Below, one piece after another: positions 59,972-64,000 of a stretch of 64,000 bases of DNA (position 1 is the first letter of the stretch; each line of letters starts with the position of its first letter). The notes beneath the pieces are model-generated. The model was not told the origin of the DNA. It did not search any database and was given only the letters and a program-made list of their open reading frames with translations. Location: the IMG/VR virus record IMGVR_UViG_2660238032_000003, one strand, 5' to 3'. A program made the position numbers and the translations under genes. The DNA comes from an uncultured virus (IMG/VR IMGVR_UViG_2660238032_000003). Its lineage: Duplodnaviria > Heunggongvirae > Uroviricota > Caudoviricetes.

Positions 59972-60382
59972 TTAAAATGGCATATCTCCATCATCCACTG
60001 GAGTTATATCTTCCTCAAAGCTCATTTCATCAAATGGATTACTTGATGATAAATTATTATTTTTGCTTCCGCTCATAAATTCAACATTTTCAACTACTGC
60101 TTCAAGTGTATAAACTGTTGTTCCATTCTTGTCGTATTTACCACTTTGCATATGAGCTTCTATTTGTATTCCTATCCCCTTACTGAAATGTTCTGCTATA
60201 AACTCTGCTGTTTTACCAAACGCAATTATTGGAATAAAATCACTTTCATACTTTTGAGTATTTTTATCCTTAAATCTTCTTTTAGCTGCTACTGTATTTT
60301 TTAATACTGCTGTTCCTGTACCTTCTGTAAATTTTAAATCTATATCTCTTACTAGATTTCCAGTAATGATTAATTTATTCAT
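59972..60382 (-). CDS. ssb: Single-stranded DNA-binding protein
   Basis: MNKLIITGNLVRD, DFIPIIAFGKTAE, acidic tail DDGDMPF. Confidence 0.93.
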   Translation of the reverse strand: MNKLIITGNLVRDIDLKFTEGTGTAVLKNTVAAKRRFKDKNTQKYESDFIPIIAFGKTAEFIAEHFSKGIGIQIEAHMQSGKYDKNGTTVYTLEAVVENVEFMSGSKNNNLSSSNPFDEMSFEEDITPVDDGDMPF

Positions 60383-60746
60383 TTTTGTATTCCTCCAATA
60401 TTATTAATTTTCCGCCCATACTAGCTCTTACAATATCTTCTCTAGCAAATAGACCTTTATATTGTTTTAACGTCTTTAATAGCCTATCTGTAGACTTAGA
60501 ATTAATATCTAATATAGCTTGTACTTCTTCTCTGCTAAAATAATCTTTATTAAACACAATCTCTAAATAATTTTGAAATTGTAATTTTATTGTTTCATCT
60601 AAATCGTGTCCATCTTTACCATGATGTATTGAGTAATGACACTTTTCACAAAGATCTATTAAATTCATTTTGCATTTAATTAATGCAGGTTGCTGACTTC
60701 TTTTTATTTTGTGATGCTCTGTTACTATTCCATTAATTCCGCACAC
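60375..60746 (-). CDS. HNH-like zinc-finger protein (start may lie about 24 nt upstream)
   Basis: (CEV)CG..EHHKI...LCEKCH..IH. Confidence 0.6.
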   Translation of the reverse strand: MCGINGIVTEHHKIKRSQQPALIKCKMNLIDLCEKCHYSIHHGKDGHDLDETIKLQFQNYLEIVFNKDYFSREEVQAILDINSKSTDRLLKTLKQYKGLFAREDIVRASMGGKLIILEEYKNE

Positions 60747-60766
60747 TTCACAAGCTCCATACTTAG

Positions 60767-61390
60767 CTATTTACAACACCTTCTTTTACTAATTTTTTCT
60801 TGTATTGCTGCTATAGCAACTCCTGTTTTGGTTAACTCTGCATCATTGTAAATTAATTTGTTTTTATTCATTATTAATAACTGATGCCTAGTAACTAATA
60901 TTAAATTATCTATATTTAAATTTGTTTTATCCCTATCTGAAAACACTATCGCATAGCCTTTAGGAACTTTGCCATTTTTCTTTTCCCAAATTACTAAATG
61001 TTTTAATCTCCATTTGTTGGATTCTGCTATTTTTATTTCAATATAGCCATCTTTTGTTATTCTCTCACTTCCTACAGGTTTATGATTAAATGGAATTTGA
61101 CCTTTTTTGAACCAAGTTTTTTCGCTTCCTTTTGCATATATTCCTTTCATTCCTTTATTATGTGGTATATTTCCTTTAGGCATATGACCTGTAAATCCTG
61201 TATTTAATTTGTATCTACTTATTGCACCTTTAATCTGATTTATAGTTAACTTTAAATCAAATTTTTCATTTATTATCTTCTGTATTTCCATATAATGATG
61301 TCCTGGAGTTATTTCTTTAAGATATTCTTTTTCTTCATCATTCCAAATATGAAGTACTTTACTTTTACTTCCTGATGGTCTTCCTTTCAT
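60767..61390 (-). CDS. HNH endonuclease-family protein
   Basis: PVGSERI..DGY, KH..IWE..NG.VP, D.DK.N..IDNL. Confidence 0.8.
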   Translation of the reverse strand: MKGRPSGSKSKVLHIWNDEEKEYLKEITPGHHYMEIQKIINEKFDLKLTINQIKGAISRYKLNTGFTGHMPKGNIPHNKGMKGIYAKGSEKTWFKKGQIPFNHKPVGSERITKDGYIEIKIAESNKWRLKHLVIWEKKNGKVPKGYAIVFSDRDKTNLNIDNLILVTRHQLLIMNKNKLIYNDAELTKTGVAIAAIQEKISKRRCCK

Positions 61391-61393
61391 GTT

Positions 61394-61627
61394 TTAATCC
61401 TCTAGCATTTTAGGAATAACTACATTGTCTCTTCCTAATGTCTCCACTTGTAATTTTTTTGCTTGTAATATAACATCTGCATTATTTATAATTTGTGAAG
61501 CTATGCCAGTTACTGCTTTTGCCCTTATTATTTCTTCTTTAAGTTCATCTCCTGTTATATCTTCATCATTCAATCTTTCTAATTGAGCAAACAAATGATT
61601 ATTTAAATCTCCTAATGTATTTCTCAT
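61394..61627 (-). CDS. Conserved phage protein
   Basis: NTLGDLNNHLFAQLERL...EI.RAKA, a motif I recognise from genes paired with this HNH family. Confidence 0.75.
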   Translation of the reverse strand: MRNTLGDLNNHLFAQLERLNDEDITGDELKEEIIRAKAVTGIASQIINNADVILQAKKLQVETLGRDNVVIPKMLED

Positions 61628-61639
61628 ACTCTACCTCCA

Positions 61640-62428
61640 TTACATATAATTAAAAGTTGCTTTAATTTCATCTATTTTTGCATTAAATGCTTTTAATTCT
61701 TCCTCTTTATAAGCTTCCAATGTTTCTAAGTCCTTAAAATATTCTTTACCTGCTTGTACACCATTTTTAGTTATTTTATATATTCCAAACTTTCCTTCTA
61801 AAGTTATTTCTTTAGAGATAATCCTAAAGGTATCTTCTATAACCTTCTTGTTAGTTTCTACAGGCTTTTCTACCTCTTTAGGTATAATTGTATTACTTGT
61901 TTTTTGTTTCTCTTTATAAGCCTTATTTTTAGCTTTAATCTTTTCTCTATCATCTTTTGTTAATTCAGCACATTTTTTGCACCATTCTTCTTTAGTTTCC
62001 TTGAAAATATAAACTAAATCTTTAGTTGGAATATCTTTAAATTCTTTTTTTAATGATTTAACACTATCTGCTTGGTTAAAATCCTTTTCCAATAATGATT
62101 TAGACATTTCAATAATTTTTGGTTTTAATTCATTAATTTTCATAATCCAATCCTCTCCATATTCACTTAAAAATTTTTCTGAATCTTTCATATACTCATT
62201 CGCTTTTATTATTAATTCCGTAATCTCTGTTATACTTAAATCTTTTTTATCAATTAAAGCTGCTGCTATGCATGTATCTAGTGCTTGATTAATTGACCAA
62301 ACCATTTTATCTACTTTTTGATTTATATAATTATTTATTAATAGATTCTTTTCAGGAGATAGAGTTTTTATCCATTTTAGAAGCGATACTGAATCCCTCT
62401 CATTTCTCCTGCGTTCAACTCTATTCAA
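61640..62428 (-). CDS. Hypothetical protein
   Basis: 262-aa ORF starting NRVERRR. Confidence 0.65.
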   Translation of the reverse strand: MNRVERRRNERDSVSLLKWIKTLSPEKNLLINNYINQKVDKMVWSINQALDTCIAAALIDKKDLSITEITELIIKANEYMKDSEKFLSEYGEDWIMKINELKPKIIEMSKSLLEKDFNQADSVKSLKKEFKDIPTKDLVYIFKETKEEWCKKCAELTKDDREKIKAKNKAYKEKQKTSNTIIPKEVEKPVETNKKVIEDTFRIISKEITLEGKFGIYKITKNGVQAGKEYFKDLETLEAYKEEELKAFNAKIDEIKATFNYM

Positions 62429-62432
62429 AAGC

Positions 62433-62744
62433 TCACCTACTTTTCAAAAGTATTTTTATAACTCCTATATGATGCCACCCTCTATTAACAAGTTTCTTGT
62501 TATGTCTCCTGTTTAACTCAATTAAATTCATATTTTTCTTAGCTAATAAGACTATTACTCTTATACATACTTGAATTAAATCTTGGACCTCTTCTGCAAT
62601 ATGACATAAATCGCTTTCTCCTATAGCTTCATCAAGTTCTTTATACTCTTCCTTAAGTTTTTTTCTTATAGAATCCCAATTATCTTTTTGATTATCTTCA
62701 TTAGTTTTAATATTTTTACCTAGCTGCATGAAATTTAGTATCAT
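62433..62744 (-). CDS. MazG-like NTP pyrophosphohydrolase
   Basis: KLKEEYKELDEAI...IAEEVQDLIQV (EExxE...EExxD). Confidence 0.7.
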   Translation of the reverse strand: MILNFMQLGKNIKTNEDNQKDNWDSIRKKLKEEYKELDEAIGESDLCHIAEEVQDLIQVCIRVIVLLAKKNMNLIELNRRHNKKLVNRGWHHIGVIKILLKSR

Positions 62745-63022
62745 TATAAAATCCCTTCTTTCATAACATCAATTTTTAATATTTCTAATGCTCCCTTAAT
62801 AGTTAGTCCAGCTTCTACATTCATAACTGCTAATTCTATTAAATCCTCTAATCTTGTTCTTAAGATTTTATTTTCATTTTCTAAATTAGTAATTTGAATA
62901 TCTTTAGCTTTTATAACTTTCTTAAGATAATTATTTTCTATCTTTGGATCCTTACGTAACATTTCTTCTAATTCTTCACTTTCCTTTAAGTGCAGATTAG
63001 TTTTATTCCTATCCATGTTCAT
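62744..63022 (-). CDS. Coiled-coil hypothetical protein
   Basis: 92 aa, coupled to the replication gene. Confidence 0.55.
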   Translation of the reverse strand: MNMDRNKTNLHLKESEELEEMLRKDPKIENNYLKKVIKAKDIQITNLENENKILRTRLEDLIELAVMNVEAGLTIKGALEILKIDVMKEGIL

Positions 63023-63893
63023 TATCGTTATCCTCCCATCCTAATAATTTCTTTTCTAAATCGTCATAATCATAATCTCTTGCTTCAAAATTATTGAATC
63101 TAAGTGGTTTAGGTTGATTTTTAGAATTAATAGCCTTAGTATTTTTCTTATTATCTCTGCCTTCCGTTTGCCAATTTTGAATTATTCCAACTACATATTT
63201 ATAATTATTTAGTTTTCCTCTTTCCATAGCTTCTGTAGCTGCATCAATCATATTTTTAGAACCATATATTTCAATATCTGCTGATATTTTTTCCATTAAC
63301 ATAGGTGTAACCATAAATCCACATTTTTCAAAATGTTTAAAAACTTCAACATTTGAGACGACTACTGACGATGTTTTTTCTTTATCTCTAGTCTCTTGTT
63401 CTATTTCTATCTCTTGTTCTATTTCTATCTCTATCTTTGGTGGACACTTTTCAGACATTTGTCCACTGCTTGTACTTTCAGGTAAACATACTTCATCATT
63501 TTCTTTTTTTAACTGTCTTTGTTGTTGCTTTTTAAAAGCTCCTATAGATTTAGAACCTATCATATTTTCAATTTGAGTAAGATAAATCTCACCTGATTCG
63601 AATACTTTAACTAAACCTATTTTCTTAAGAAGTTCCATTGCAACTATAACTGTATCTAAATCTGTTTTTGTAATTTCAGAGAGTTTTTTTGCATCATATG
63701 GTATTAATACATTTCCAACTTTTCTTATTAAAATTCCATTATCTCTAAGGGACTTTAAGCAAAGCTTCAAATAAAAATGACTATATGCTATTCCATTATC
63801 CTGTTCCTCTAACCAATCTATTGCTCCTTCTTCAAAGAAATCTTCTTTTAATTGTAACCAATAGAATTTTCTATCCTTTTCATATTTAGCCAT
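63009..63893 (-). CDS. Phage replisome organiser with a DnaD-like domain
   Basis: FYWLQLKEDFF, YLKLCL, EIEIEQEIE linker, YVVGIIQNW, FNNFEARDYD. Confidence 0.88.
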   Translation of the reverse strand: MAKYEKDRKFYWLQLKEDFFEEGAIDWLEEQDNGIAYSHFYLKLCLKSLRDNGILIRKVGNVLIPYDAKKLSEITKTDLDTVIVAMELLKKIGLVKVFESGEIYLTQIENMIGSKSIGAFKKQQQRQLKKENDEVCLPESTSSGQMSEKCPPKIEIEIEQEIEIEQETRDKEKTSSVVVSNVEVFKHFEKCGFMVTPMLMEKISADIEIYGSKNMIDAATEAMERGKLNNYKYVVGIIQNWQTEGRDNKKNTKAINSKNQPKPLRFNNFEARDYDYDDLEKKLLGWEDNDNEHG

Positions 63894-64000
63894 TATCCTG
63901 CCCTCCTTAGTTGAATATTCTTTTAATTTTTGGTAATACTATAACTGTAGTTATTGTTAACTACTTAGTTGAATACTTTTATTTTTTGGTTAGCTCCCAA

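Larger units (their letters stand above)
8032..64000 (-). mobile_element. Temperate prophage with contractile tail; continues past the window end
   Basis: Complete terminase-portal-capsid-sheath-tube-tape measure-baseplate-lysis modules plus replication genes; the left end interrupts mgtC. Confidence 0.95.

Noticed and set aside
1..64000. tRNA, rRNA, IS elements and neurotoxin-cluster genes
   Set aside because: None recognised by eye; tRNAscan-SE and ISEScan would be needed to exclude them formally.

Overview
Very AT-rich clostridial chromosome segment. Gene content and choline-binding-repeat proteins suggest the Clostridium botulinum group II / C. butyricum lineage (inference). Bases 1-8031 are host DNA: a 5'-truncated mutS abutting the splB terminator, splB, a pan operon (Rossmann/DUF2520 gene with an ATT start, panB, panC, panD) and the 3' part of an mgtC/sapB gene cut by a prophage. 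From about 8032 to beyond the window end lies a contractile-tailed temperate prophage, almost all on the minus strand. From the att end it carries: a ParM/ParR + pilin-like + VirB4/HerA-like ATPase module, accessory genes (morons), lysis genes, two Ig-domain paralogues, Xkd-type tail/baseplate genes, head genes, terminase, a late regulator and early/replication genes. The integrase and repressor are not in the window. Highlights: (1) a Tad1 anti-Thoeris sponge gene at 42660-43034 inside a three-gene insert in the head module, whose two neighbours are anti-defence candidates; (2) the uncharacterised ParMR/pilin-like/ATPase module with sporulation-sigma-like promoters; (3) mutS lacking its mismatch-recognition N-terminus; (4) an exact 20-bp late-promoter motif in three copies; (5) a structured leader in front of a PAPS-reductase-family gene; (6) short recurring motifs separating small early genes next to a tyrosine recombinase. 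All family assignments come from motif recognition by eye; no database searches were run.
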